A stretch of 64,000 bases of DNA, from NCBI GenBank assembly GCA_038259155.1, contig JBBSPE010000002.1:723-64722 (forward strand), read 5' to 3'. The stretch comes from Gemmatimonadales bacterium. Its GTDB lineage: Bacteria > Gemmatimonadota > Gemmatimonadetes > Gemmatimonadales > Gemmatimonadaceae. A model generated the notes under the pieces. It saw nothing but the letters and a program-made list of their open reading frames with translations, did no database searches and was not told where the DNA came from. Below, piece by piece: positions 9,658-18,010 of this stretch (positions are counted from its first letter, which is position 1; each line of letters opens with the position of its first letter). The position numbers and the translations under genes are program-made.

Positions 9658-10437
9658 AACAGCTCCTTGGTAGAGGCCACCACGGCGTCCGCAGTGAATC
9701 CAAACTTCGTGAGTAGTTGGGCGAGCGGTGCCGAGGCGCCGAAGGTGCGCATGCCGACAACGCTCCCCGTGGCTTTCGTGTACCGCTTCCACCCAAAGGT
9801 AGACGCTTGTTCCACGGCAACACGAGCCGTTATCGACGGAGGAAGCACGGCGTTGCGACAATCCTTTGACTGTTTCTCGAACAGCTCCCAGCAAGGCAGA
9901 CTCACCACTCGGCTGCGTATACCCTCCGCCAGCAGTCGCTCGTGTGCCTCGACACACAGCGCCACCTCGCTTCCCGTCCCGATCAGAATCACCTGCGGAT
10001 CGCCGCCCGGCGCACTGGACAGGACATAGCCTCCACGATGCAGTCTGGCGGCCGACGCATAGCGTTCGCGGTCAAGTGTCGGCAACGCCTGCCGCGACAG
10101 GATCAGCGCCACCGGTTCGTGCCGAAGCGGTACAATGGCACGCCACGCTTCAACGACCTCATTGGCGTCGCCTGGCCGAAACACGTGCAGCCCCGGGATG
10201 GCGCGGAGCGATGCGATTTGCTCCACTGGCTGCTGCGTTGGGCCATCTTTGCCAACGCCGATCGAGTCGTGCGTGTAGATGTAGATCACTGGCAGTTCCA
10301 TCAATGCCGACAGCCGAAGCATAGGCCGCGAATAGTCGCTGAAGACGACGAACTGCGACCCAAAGGCCCGTAGCTTCGGCAGGGACATGACAGATCTCGT
10401 TCCACTGACGGATGACACAATCCTCACGGTGGCTGCC
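9654..10437 (-). pseudogene. tkt: Transketolase C-terminal fragment (about 245-260 of about 670 residues)
   Basis: From 10388 downwards the frame reads MSLPKLRAFGSQFVVFSDYSRPMLRLSALMELPVIYIYTHDSIGVGKDGPTQQPVEQIASLRAIPG...RQALPTL...GTGSEV...FGASAP, which is clear transketolase Pyr and C-terminal domain sequence. The next expected upstream motif (G-x-RE-x7-N-x-I) appears only in another frame at 10393-10437. No thiamine-diphosphate-binding N-terminal half is present. Confidence 0.7.
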
Positions 10438-10506
10438 AAGCACACTAGCCAACGCCGTATCCAGCAGAAATGCAGCGCCGACTCTGGGCGGATGTCCGAG
10501 CCAGCG

Positions 10507-11058
10507 CGCCGCCATCGTGATCTGCACGTTCTCGACGAACTGTCGATTCCAGATGAGTTCGAGGAACGTGTTGGCGACGCGGAAAAACACGAGGTTCTGT
10601 ACGGCTTCTCCTCCGAGACAATGATCAATCCGAAATATCTGATGTTCACCGAAGGAACCATGCAGGATCGCGTTCAAACGCTTCGCTGACGTCAGATCGG
10701 TTCCGAATGGTTTCTCCAACATCAGCCGGACGTTGGCGTTCTTGTCGCCCCGGCTTGGCTGCTCGATGGCTGTCTCGAACAGGGTTTGCGGTACGGCAAA
10801 GTAGTGCAAGGGATTCGTCACGTCTCCAAGCGTGTCCTTCAGTCGGTCCACCGTTTCCGGCATCGTGTACTCGCCTTCCACGTAACGCATCAGCTGCATG
10901 AGTTTGGGAAACGCCACCGGGTATATACCACCGCCGTGCTTGGTCACGTTCTCGCCGGCGCGCCTTTTCAGCGCTTCCAATGAACCATCGCGTGCCACGC
11001 CAATCACCGGCACGTCAAGCACGCCGGCCTCTACCATGCTTTGCATGGCCGGAAAGAT
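10507..11058 (-). pseudogene. zwf: Glucose-6-phosphate dehydrogenase fragment (about 184 internal residues)
   Basis: The frame of ORF 10159-11262 reads IFPAMQSMVEAGVLDVPVIGVAR...HYFAVPQTLF...MLEKPFGTDLTSA...QIFRIDHCLGGEAVQNL...RVANTFLELIWNRQFVENVQITMA, which is Zwf. Homology starts 13 nt after the gnd stop, so the GxxGDLxxRK NADP fingerprint is missing. It stops near 10507. The signature peptide RIDHYLGKE is degenerate here (RIDHCLGGE). Confidence 0.65.
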
Positions 11059-11071
11059 TTGGGTGTGGGTC

Positions 11072-12082
11072 TCATTTTTTCTCCGAGTGACCGCCGAACC
11101 CTGCACGCATCGCCGAGAGGACACGATTCGTATAGTCGGCTTCACCACGTGAGGCGAATCGGGAGAACAACGCCGCCGAGAGCACCGGTACCGGCACCGC
11201 CTCGTCGATGGCCGCCTTGATGGTCCAACGACCCTCGCCGGAATCGGAAACGCGGCCAGCATACTCCGTTAGATCAGGCGACTTGAGCAGCGCCTGCGCC
11301 GTGAGATCAAGCAGCCACGAGGTGATCACGCTTCCGCGGCGCCACAGCTCCGCAATCTGATCGAGCGGGAAGTCATACTGGTAGTGTTCGGGGTTTCCCA
11401 GCGGTGTCGTTTCGGCATCATGCTTCTGATCAGCGCGTCCAATGTTGGCGCTTTGCAGAATGCCCAACCCCTCGGCGTACGCTGCCATCATGCCGTATTC
11501 GATACCGTTGTGCACCATCTTCACGAAGTGCCCGGCGCCAGCGTGTCCGCAGTGCAGATAGCCATGGTCTGCGGTCCCGATGCCGGGTTGGCGACCGGGT
11601 GTTGGCGGCGCCGAATCTGTGGGCGGCGCGAGTGATGCAAAGACCGGCTCAAGGTGCGCCACGATCTTCTGTTCGCCGCCGATCATCTGGCAATAGCCGC
11701 GCTCCAGCCCAAACACCCCACCGCTTACGCCCACGTCCACATAGTGCAGCCCGGCAGCGGCGAGCTCCTTCGCGCGACGGATGTCGTCCACATAGTGGGA
11801 GTTTCCACCATCCACGATGATATCGTCTGGTGAGAGGTGCGGAATCAGATCGGCTATGGTCGAGTCAACCACTCCCGCTGGGACCATCAGCCAGACTACG
11901 CGAGGCGTGGAGAGTTCACGTGCCAGATCGGCGAAGGACGCGGCGCCCTCAGCGCCTTCCGCTACCAGCGCTGCCACCGCGTCGGGCGACCGATCAAAGC
12001 CTACTGCCTGGTGGCCGTCCCGCATGAGGCGGCGCACCATGTTGGCGCCCATTCGTCCAAGTCCGACCATACCAATGCGCAT
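11072..12082 (-). CDS. gnd: 6-phosphogluconate dehydrogenase (decarboxylating), short form
   Basis: 336 aa from MRIGMVGLGRMGANMVRRL (Rossmann GxGxxG). GGNSHY, GVSGG and HFVKMVHNGIEYG are typical motifs, and the C-terminus FGGHSEKK is also typical. Confidence 0.9.
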   Translation of the reverse strand: MRIGMVGLGRMGANMVRRLMRDGHQAVGFDRSPDAVAALVAEGAEGAASFADLARELSTPRVVWLMVPAGVVDSTIADLIPHLSPDDIIVDGGNSHYVDDIRRAKELAAAGLHYVDVGVSGGVFGLERGYCQMIGGEQKIVAHLEPVFASLAPPTDSAPPTPGRQPGIGTADHGYLHCGHAGAGHFVKMVHNGIEYGMMAAYAEGLGILQSANIGRADQKHDAETTPLGNPEHYQYDFPLDQIAELWRRGSVITSWLLDLTAQALLKSPDLTEYAGRVSDSGEGRWTIKAAIDEAVPVPVLSAALFSRFASRGEADYTNRVLSAMRAGFGGHSEKK

Positions 12083-12464
12083 GAGTCCCACTCCGCTGAA
12101 TTGTTGGTGTTCGTATACCGCCATCGTCGCCGAGGTGACGGTACCGGCAAGTATCATCGCAGCATCTGCTCAATGGTTCAACACTGCGGGACACGTATCG
12201 GCGGTTCTGAGCACTCGTTGCGGGGGGGGCGGGCCTGGCGGCCGTCCGCGCCCTGAGCGTCGCCTCGGCCAACGAGAGTGCGCCACCAGCCCGGTGAACA
12301 GTTCCTGTCCGCCGGTGCAAGTGTGAACTATCCTGTCGCTTCACAGCTAGTCCATCATCTGCTCGCCGGTGGCGTGGCACTGCTCCTGAGCGCCCTCCTC
12401 TGCCTTTCCGCCAGCCACCGCAGCCGTAGGCCGCTTCTTCCCACAAACCAGCGTCCAGAACACC

Positions 12465-12814
12465 ATGGTCCCTTCGCTGCCGCCCGAACCCAATCTCGTT
12501 GATGTGCTGCGCGCCTTCCCGAGCGCCTGGCCAGCACTGTTTGACGCGCCCGACGCCGTCCTCTGAGCCGAGAGCCCGCTTGCCATCGGCGAACGCGAGC
12601 TCATTGCCGCGCCTGTGTCTGGATTGAACGGTTGCGAGTCCTGCGGGAGTGCGCATACTGTGTATGCGGAGTGCTACGGTTTCTCGCTGGCGCAGGCGAT
12701 CCTGAATGCCGGCTGGCCAGAGCAGGCGATGATGGACACCGTCATGGTAGTAGCGCTGTTCAACTTCATGAACCGTATCGGGCGTACGGGCAGCAGCTGG
12801 GCATTGTGGTGTAA
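12465..12814 (+). pseudogene. AhpD/carboxymuconolactone-decarboxylase-like ORF interrupted by in-frame TGA and lacking a normal 3' end
   Basis: ATG 12465 gives MVPSLPPEPNLVDVLRAFPSAWPALFDAPDAVL, then TGA (12564-12566). The same frame continues AESPLAIGERELIAAPVSGLNGCESCGSAHTVYAECYG...VVALFNFMNRI, which is typical AhpD-like core sequence. The frame then runs antisense into the glucokinase gene, while a different frame stops at 12814. Confidence 0.5.
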
Positions 12815-12822
12815 GCCGGCGG

Positions 12823-13566
12823 TCAGTCTGGCGGCCGTGACGAGCCGTGCGGACGGGCTTCCTCCGAACAGAGTCGAATCGCGTCCGCTCCGGCGAGACG
12901 AAAGCCACCGAGAAAGGCTTGTGCGTTGGAACCGAGTCGCGATCCGTCCGGCAGCGTCTCGATCTTTGACGCATTGCCGCCACCAATCACGATGTCCTCC
13001 ACCAGCAAGGCATCTCGCAGCCGCTGGACCGCGTCGTGCACCCGCTTGTTCCATTTTTTCGGCCCCAGCCGATCGAGGCCGTCGGCACCGAGATAGTCCT
13101 CGAAGGAACGCTTTTTGCGATAGGGCAGTCGAGCAAGTTCGAGTGGGTGCGCGACGTCGTCGAGGATCAAGGCGGAGCCAAGGCCCGTCCCGAGGCCAAG
13201 AAAGAGCATGCGTCCGCCCTCGTAGCTCCCCACAGCCTGCAGCAGCGCATCGTTCACGACCGTGACGGCGCAAGGGAAGGCATGGCCGAAGTCGAACCCT
13301 TTCCATCCCCGCCCCAGGTTTGTCGGCTCCTTCGTGGGTACGTTGCAATTCACCGGTCCCGGAAATCCGATCACCACCGCGTCGTACTGCCATCCGGCGG
13401 CGAGTTGATGAATGGCCTCAACGGCCTGCGCCGCGGTCATCTTGGAGCCGGATTCTACATCGCGTTGCTCCGTCTCACCGGTCACGAGCATTTTGAGTCG
13501 TGAGCCTCCGATGTCGACGACGAGGATCGAGCTGGGAACGCTTGGCAAAGAGTTTTTGTCAGTCAT
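12823..13566 (-). CDS. ROK-family glucokinase (polyphosphate/ATP glucokinase-like)
   Basis: 247 aa. ILVVDIGGSRLKM (phosphate-1 motif) and FLGLGTGLGSALI fit ROK sugar kinases of the short PpgK type. Its ATG overlaps the upstream stop (ATGA). Confidence 0.75.
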   Translation of the reverse strand: MTDKNSLPSVPSSILVVDIGGSRLKMLVTGETEQRDVESGSKMTAAQAVEAIHQLAAGWQYDAVVIGFPGPVNCNVPTKEPTNLGRGWKGFDFGHAFPCAVTVVNDALLQAVGSYEGGRMLFLGLGTGLGSALILDDVAHPLELARLPYRKKRSFEDYLGADGLDRLGPKKWNKRVHDAVQRLRDALLVEDIVIGGGNASKIETLPDGSRLGSNAQAFLGGFRLAGADAIRLCSEEARPHGSSRPPD

Positions 13567-16238
13567 GATGCGGGCGGCTCAGAAACTGTTGGTTCCCGCG
13601 ACGCAAGCGGTAGCAACTCGGCGACCAAGGCGGTCCATCCGGTTTGGTGCGACGCGCCGAGCCCACGTCCATTGTCGCCGTGGAAAAACTCATGGAACAA
13701 CAGCAGGTCGCGAAAATGCGGGTCGATGTGATAAGGCGCGTCGTCACCAAATATCGGGCGGTGACCACTGGCATCCGGCCGGAAGAGCGAGGTAAGGCGC
13801 CTCGCCAGCTCTTCCGCAACTTCCCGTATCGTGGTGAAGTGGCCTGAACCCGTGGGGTATTCAATGCGGAACTCATCGCCGTAATAGTTGTGGAACTTGA
13901 GCAGCGACTCGATGAGCAAGTAGTTGACCGGAAACCAAATAGGCCCCCGCCAGTTGGAGTTGCCGCCGAACGACCGAGTGCGTGACTCGCCAGGCTCGTA
14001 CTGAATCGTGTGCGACGTCTCTCCCAGCGTCACCGTGTAGGGTTGGTCCTGGTGGGCCTTGGACAGCGCGCGAACGCCATGAGGAGCGAGGAACTCGGTT
14101 TCATCGAGCATGCGCGCGAGCAGGCGCTTCATGCGGTGGCCACGCAGGAGAGACAACAGATGGCGCTGTCCCCTACCGGGTTCCTGCCAACGGGACACCA
14201 GCCGCGCGAGATCGGGGCGTTGCTCCAGAAACCAGTTCAGGCGACGCGCAAACTCCGGCAGTGCCTGCAGCACTGAATCGTCGATGACTTCAACGGCGAA
14301 GAGCGGAATCAATCCCACCATGGAGCGCACCTTCAATGGTATGCGCTGTCCGTCGGTGAGGTGCAGGATATCGTAGTAGAACTCGTCCGTTTCATCCCAC
14401 AAACCCACGCCGTCACCACCCATGTCTGTCATGGCCTTGGCAATCGCGAGGAAGTGTTCAAAAAACTTGGTGGCGATGTCCTGGTACACGGGATTGTGCA
14501 GCGCCAGCTCGAGTGCGATTTGCAGCAGGTTGAGCGAATACATCGCCATCCAACTGGTGCCGTCAGACTGATGGAGATGTCCGCCGATCGGTAGCGGCGC
14601 GCTGCGATCAAAGAGACCGATGTTGTCGAGCCCGAGAAAACCGCCCTGGAACACATTCCGCCCATCGGCGTCCTTGCGATTTACCCACCAGGTGAAGTTG
14701 AGCAGCAGCTTGTGAAAGACGCGCTCAAGAAACGCCAGATCTCCGGCATCGCCACGTTGCTCCCGGTCAATCTGGAAGACGCGCCACGTTGCCCAGGCAT
14801 GGACGGGCGGGTTCACGTCACTGAAGGCCCACTCGTACGCCGGCATCTGGCCATTGGGATGCAGGTACCACTCGCGAGTCAGCACATCGAGCTGGTGTTT
14901 CGCAAACGCGGCATCGAGGCGGGCCAGGGGAATGGTGTGAAACGCCAGATCCCACGCAGCGAACCACGGATACTCCCATGCGTCCGGCATCGACAGGATC
15001 TCAAACGTGTCAAAGTGTCCCCAGGTATTGTTTCGTCCGTGACGTCGTTCGGCGGGAGGCGCCGGCTGAGCCGGATCGCCATCCAGCCATCGGCGCACGT
15101 CGAAGCGGTATGCTTGCTTGCTCCAGATCAGCCCGGCACAGGCCTGACGCTGGATGAGGCGCGCATCGGCATCGAGCGATCCATGCAGTCGCTCGTAAAA
15201 GCGGTCGGCTTCCGCGCGACGCCGATCAACCGTACTATCGAAGGCGTGAAACGGACGCTTCCCCTCCGCATTGGTCAGACGCATCCGCACCACGCGTGAC
15301 TCGCCTGAGGGAACGTGCAACTCGTGAAGTACACCTGTTTTGGTGCCCTCTTCTGCTGGATTCACCGCGTCCTGACGCTGTTCAATGATTGCGGCGTGGA
15401 ACGCATCCTTTACATGGCGTTCGTGTGAGTCCGCGCTGTTCCAGAGCCGCGCGCTGTTTGACTCATTGTTTGTGAAGAGCAGTGTGGGGGATCCGTCGGC
15501 GTGCACATGAACGGGCGCTTGCTCCGGCCGCGAGATCAGGAGCGATGCCGCATCGGTGCGCGACATGTTGGGTCGGCGCACATCGTGGTCCCACGACCAC
15601 GTGTTCCGCAGCGTGATTTGAGGCATGACGTGACACGTGGCCGCGTCAGGGCCGCGATTGTGCACGGTCACGCGCATGAGAATGTCATCCGGCGACGCCT
15701 TGGCATATTCCACGACCACATCGAAGTACCGCTGCGTGTCGAAGATGCCCGTGTCTACGAGCTCGAACTCCCCATCATCGATGCCGCGGCGTGCGTTCTC
15801 CTGTATCAGCGTGTCGTACGGAAAGGCCTCCTGCGGATACTTGTACAGCATCCGGAGGTACGAGTGAGACGGCGTCGCGTCGAGATAGTAGTACAGTTCC
15901 TTGACGTCCTCACCATGGTTGCCTTCGGTGTTGGTCAAACCGAAGAGCCGTTCCTTGAGTATCGGGTCACGACCATTCCACAGGGCCAGCGAGACACAGA
16001 TCTCCTGCGCGATATCGCTGAAACCGGCCAGCCCGTCTTCGCCCCATCGATACGCGCGACTGCGCGCATGGTCGTGAGGGAAGTACTCCCATGCGGTCCC
16101 GTTGGCGCTGTAATCTTCGCGTACGGTGCCCCATTGTCGTTCGCTGAGGTACGGTCCCCATCGCCACCAACGACCGTCAGCGTTCTCATCGATCCGCCGA
16201 TCTTCCGCTGATCGATCTGGGGTTGCTTCGTCTGACAC
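13563..16238 (-). CDS. GH63-like glucosidase (MGH1/YgjK-type (alpha/alpha)6 glycoside hydrolase)
   Basis: 891 aa. The N-terminus WWRWGPYLSERQWGTVREDYSANGTAWEYFPHDHARSRAYRWGEDGLAG is characteristic of the bacterial GH63-like 'glucosidase' family as I recall it. Confidence 0.75.
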   Translation of the reverse strand: MSDEATPDRSAEDRRIDENADGRWWRWGPYLSERQWGTVREDYSANGTAWEYFPHDHARSRAYRWGEDGLAGFSDIAQEICVSLALWNGRDPILKERLFGLTNTEGNHGEDVKELYYYLDATPSHSYLRMLYKYPQEAFPYDTLIQENARRGIDDGEFELVDTGIFDTQRYFDVVVEYAKASPDDILMRVTVHNRGPDAATCHVMPQITLRNTWSWDHDVRRPNMSRTDAASLLISRPEQAPVHVHADGSPTLLFTNNESNSARLWNSADSHERHVKDAFHAAIIEQRQDAVNPAEEGTKTGVLHELHVPSGESRVVRMRLTNAEGKRPFHAFDSTVDRRRAEADRFYERLHGSLDADARLIQRQACAGLIWSKQAYRFDVRRWLDGDPAQPAPPAERRHGRNNTWGHFDTFEILSMPDAWEYPWFAAWDLAFHTIPLARLDAAFAKHQLDVLTREWYLHPNGQMPAYEWAFSDVNPPVHAWATWRVFQIDREQRGDAGDLAFLERVFHKLLLNFTWWVNRKDADGRNVFQGGFLGLDNIGLFDRSAPLPIGGHLHQSDGTSWMAMYSLNLLQIALELALHNPVYQDIATKFFEHFLAIAKAMTDMGGDGVGLWDETDEFYYDILHLTDGQRIPLKVRSMVGLIPLFAVEVIDDSVLQALPEFARRLNWFLEQRPDLARLVSRWQEPGRGQRHLLSLLRGHRMKRLLARMLDETEFLAPHGVRALSKAHQDQPYTVTLGETSHTIQYEPGESRTRSFGGNSNWRGPIWFPVNYLLIESLLKFHNYYGDEFRIEYPTGSGHFTTIREVAEELARRLTSLFRPDASGHRPIFGDDAPYHIDPHFRDLLLFHEFFHGDNGRGLGASHQTGWTALVAELLPLASREPTVSEPPAS

Positions 16239-16345
16239 CTAGACTCCGAAAGACTGAGAGATTTGGTTCGGGAGCGCACGGTTCTGAACGCACCTATCCA
16301 ACGGTTGTCACAGGAGTTCCGCGGGGCGATCGGCCGAGCCCCGGC

Positions 16346-16915
16346 TCACCGGACCGGGCTATCGGCGCGTTGGTAGTGCATGGCAACCACCCCGTTGCTG
16401 AGCGGCGTGGCGGAAACCAGCTCGAGCCGTCGCGTACACGGCAGCCCTCGTTCGTACAGGGTCGGACCGTGGCCAGCGACCCTGGGGTGGAGGAGGAACT
16501 TGTATTCGTCAATCAAGTCCAGACGGTCCAGCTCAGTAGCCAGCATGCCGCTGCCGAGGAGCACGCCGGCAGGGGTGGCGTCCTTGAGCATCTGCACTCC
16601 CGTCTGCAGGTCCCCGGCGATGTGGTGGCTGGTGGTCCACGGAAAGTCTGTTCGCGTGGAGGACACCACGTATTTGGGTTTGGCTTCCAGCTTGACTGCC
16701 CACGCGCGAATCGCCGGCGGCGCTTCCACGTCTCCGCGAGCAACCGCCGGCCAATAGCTCTCCATCATTTCGTAGGTGACGCGGCCCCACAGCATTGCGC
16801 CTGCTTCGTCCATGAGACGGGTGAAGAAGGCGTGTGTCTCGTCGTCTGCAATTCCCTCTTGGTGGTCGACACAACCATCGAGGGTGAGATTGAGGCTGAA
16901 CGTCAGGAGTCCCAT
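16346..16915 (-). CDS. Dihydrofolate reductase-family protein (RibD C-terminal domain-like)
   Basis: 189 aa. FSLNLTLDGCVDH...MLWGRVTYEMM...KYVVSST...LIDEYKFLLHPRVAG fits the RibD_C/DHFR-like family. Confidence 0.8.
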   Translation of the reverse strand: MGLLTFSLNLTLDGCVDHQEGIADDETHAFFTRLMDEAGAMLWGRVTYEMMESYWPAVARGDVEAPPAIRAWAVKLEAKPKYVVSSTRTDFPWTTSHHIAGDLQTGVQMLKDATPAGVLLGSGMLATELDRLDLIDEYKFLLHPRVAGHGPTLYERGLPCTRRLELVSATPLSNGVVAMHYQRADSPVR

Positions 16916-16944
16916 GGCGCGGACCTTATTCCGGGTGGCCGATC

Positions 16945-17421
16945 CTATCGCACATCAATGAGTTCAACGCGCTGGAGTTGGCGGACCCACCGTGCGGCGC
17001 GTCCGTCCCCCACGACGATCGCGCGCCACGGCCCTTGGTTCGCGGCGAGCGGTTGCCCATTGGCGCGACTGACCACGTACACTCGCCGAGCGCCAAGGCC
17101 CGGATCCAGATCTGCCAAGGCGATGGTGGCCGCGTACCCGTCGGCGCCGATGAGTACCACCACGCGTCGCAGCATGGGACCGCGCAACGAGTCGGTGGGA
17201 CCCGCGGCGGCGAGCTGCAGGATGGCGCGCAGCTCCACACCTTCGAAGCGCGCCGTGACGCCGTGGTCGGCCGCTTCAACGTCGATGCGCGGCAGCGTGG
17301 CCAACTCAGTCGTCGACAGCTGGCGCTCTGACCCGTCCGCTCGGCGTACCGTGATATCCTGCGCCGCCATCGGGGATGTCGCGATCCCGAGCAGCGCCAC
17401 AACCAGCAAGACTGCCTTCAT
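16945..17421 (-). CDS. Secreted molybdopterin-oxidoreductase-like (SUOX/YedY-fold fragment) domain protein
   Basis: I prefer the internal start MKAVLLVVALLGIATSPMAAQ (signal peptide). The rest (158 aa) resembles short 'oxidoreductase molybdopterin-binding domain' proteins. The call is weak. Confidence 0.45.
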   Translation of the reverse strand: MKAVLLVVALLGIATSPMAAQDITVRRADGSERQLSTTELATLPRIDVEAADHGVTARFEGVELRAILQLAAAGPTDSLRGPMLRRVVVLIGADGYAATIALADLDPGLGARRVYVVSRANGQPLAANQGPWRAIVVGDGRAARWVRQLQRVELIDVR

Positions 17422-17963
17422 TGATCCGGAGTTGAGTCTCGTCACGCTAAAGACAGCGGTATCTCGTGGAATCACCGCGAGCGGGGGGTTATGTCGCGTG
17501 AAGCCGCAGCAGAACACACGTAGCCTGGGCCATCGCGAGCGCTCGTAAACAATGTCTTCACAGCCACTTACAGCGCAAGTGAGCTCTTCCGTCGCGGCGC
17601 GCCACAGCGCAAGTATTGCAGCGTAACGCGAGTCGCCGCCGAGCACGGGCCAAGACGCAACGGCACCTCGCGACGACTGCAGGTCCAGCGGGCTTTGACC
17701 CCACCGATCGCCACGGTTCAGGACGTGCATCGCCAACTCGGCGCCATGGTTCGTGCAGCAGCGTCGCGCCGGCCGCGGGCGAGGATCTCTGGTGGCCGGA
17801 AACAGCCACCACCAAAACGCACAGTGGCTCGTCCGAGTTGGCTCGGAAAGTGCGCCGGCTATCTCCTGCGTGATGCCGCGCAGACTCGCGAATGGTGGGC
17901 AAAGGGTCCACAGCGCATCGATGTCGCGCGCTGGGTTCTGAGGCGGTGTTCATCCGCTGCAAC

Positions 17964-18010
17964 GTCGGGGACGACGGCGTCCGGGGACGACGGCGTCCGG
18001 GGACGAGGGC
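17964..18010. repeat. Three tandem copies of a 15-16-bp unit (GTC(C)GGGGACGACGGC) in the ppsA upstream region
   Basis: Read directly from the sequence: gtcggggacgacggc / gtccggggacgacggc / gtccggggacgagggc. Confidence 0.8.

Noticed and set aside
9658-9957. The ORF track implies N-terminal extensions for several genes: pgi 9658-9957, ppsA 17892-18131, GT39 42873-44135, ACAD 44414-44866, M28 peptidase 59116-60183, cydB 51375-51761, kinase 54291-54452 and others.
   Set aside because: The extensions overlap the neighbouring gene's coding sequence and are compositionally noisy. Homology-type motifs begin only at the internal start chosen in the features list.
9654-10661. The transketolase fragment could be the natural C-terminal subunit of a split (two-gene) transketolase.
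   Set aside because: Natural C-terminal subunits begin before the Pyr domain and are about 310 aa. Here clean homology starts mid-domain at 10388, and the preceding motif is in another frame. No N-terminal subunit gene is adjacent. The first 91 codons of the track ORF are out-of-frame zwf sequence.
11059-11262. zwf could be full length, with a start overlapping the gnd 3' end. The overlapping frame reads GSAVTRRKNETHTQIFPAMQ, vaguely like GATGDLTRRK.IFPAL.
   Set aside because: The similarity is produced by the conserved gnd C-terminal codons (FGGHSEKK) read in another frame. It would require a 6-residue insertion in the fingerprint. There is no start codon with sensible context, and the first in-frame ATG is about 190 nt inside gnd.
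12564-12566. The in-frame TGA in the AhpD-like ORF could be a selenocysteine codon.
   Set aside because: The TGA does not coincide with the CxxC/CxxxH redox position where Sec occurs in known AhpD-like selenoproteins. The only downstream pairing I see (GCCGA...UCGGC with a 14-nt loop) does not resemble a bacterial SECIS. The ORF also lacks a proper 3' end. I kept it as a low-probability alternative in the finding.
17964-18010. The short tandem repeats (this one and the coding repeats at 25.5, 30.3, 34.1, 35.7, 35.85, 46.9 and 56.1 kb) could be CRISPR-like arrays.
   Set aside because: The units are 12-27 bp and directly adjacent with no spacers, with 2-4 copies each, and mostly lie in frame inside genes. 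No cas genes are present.
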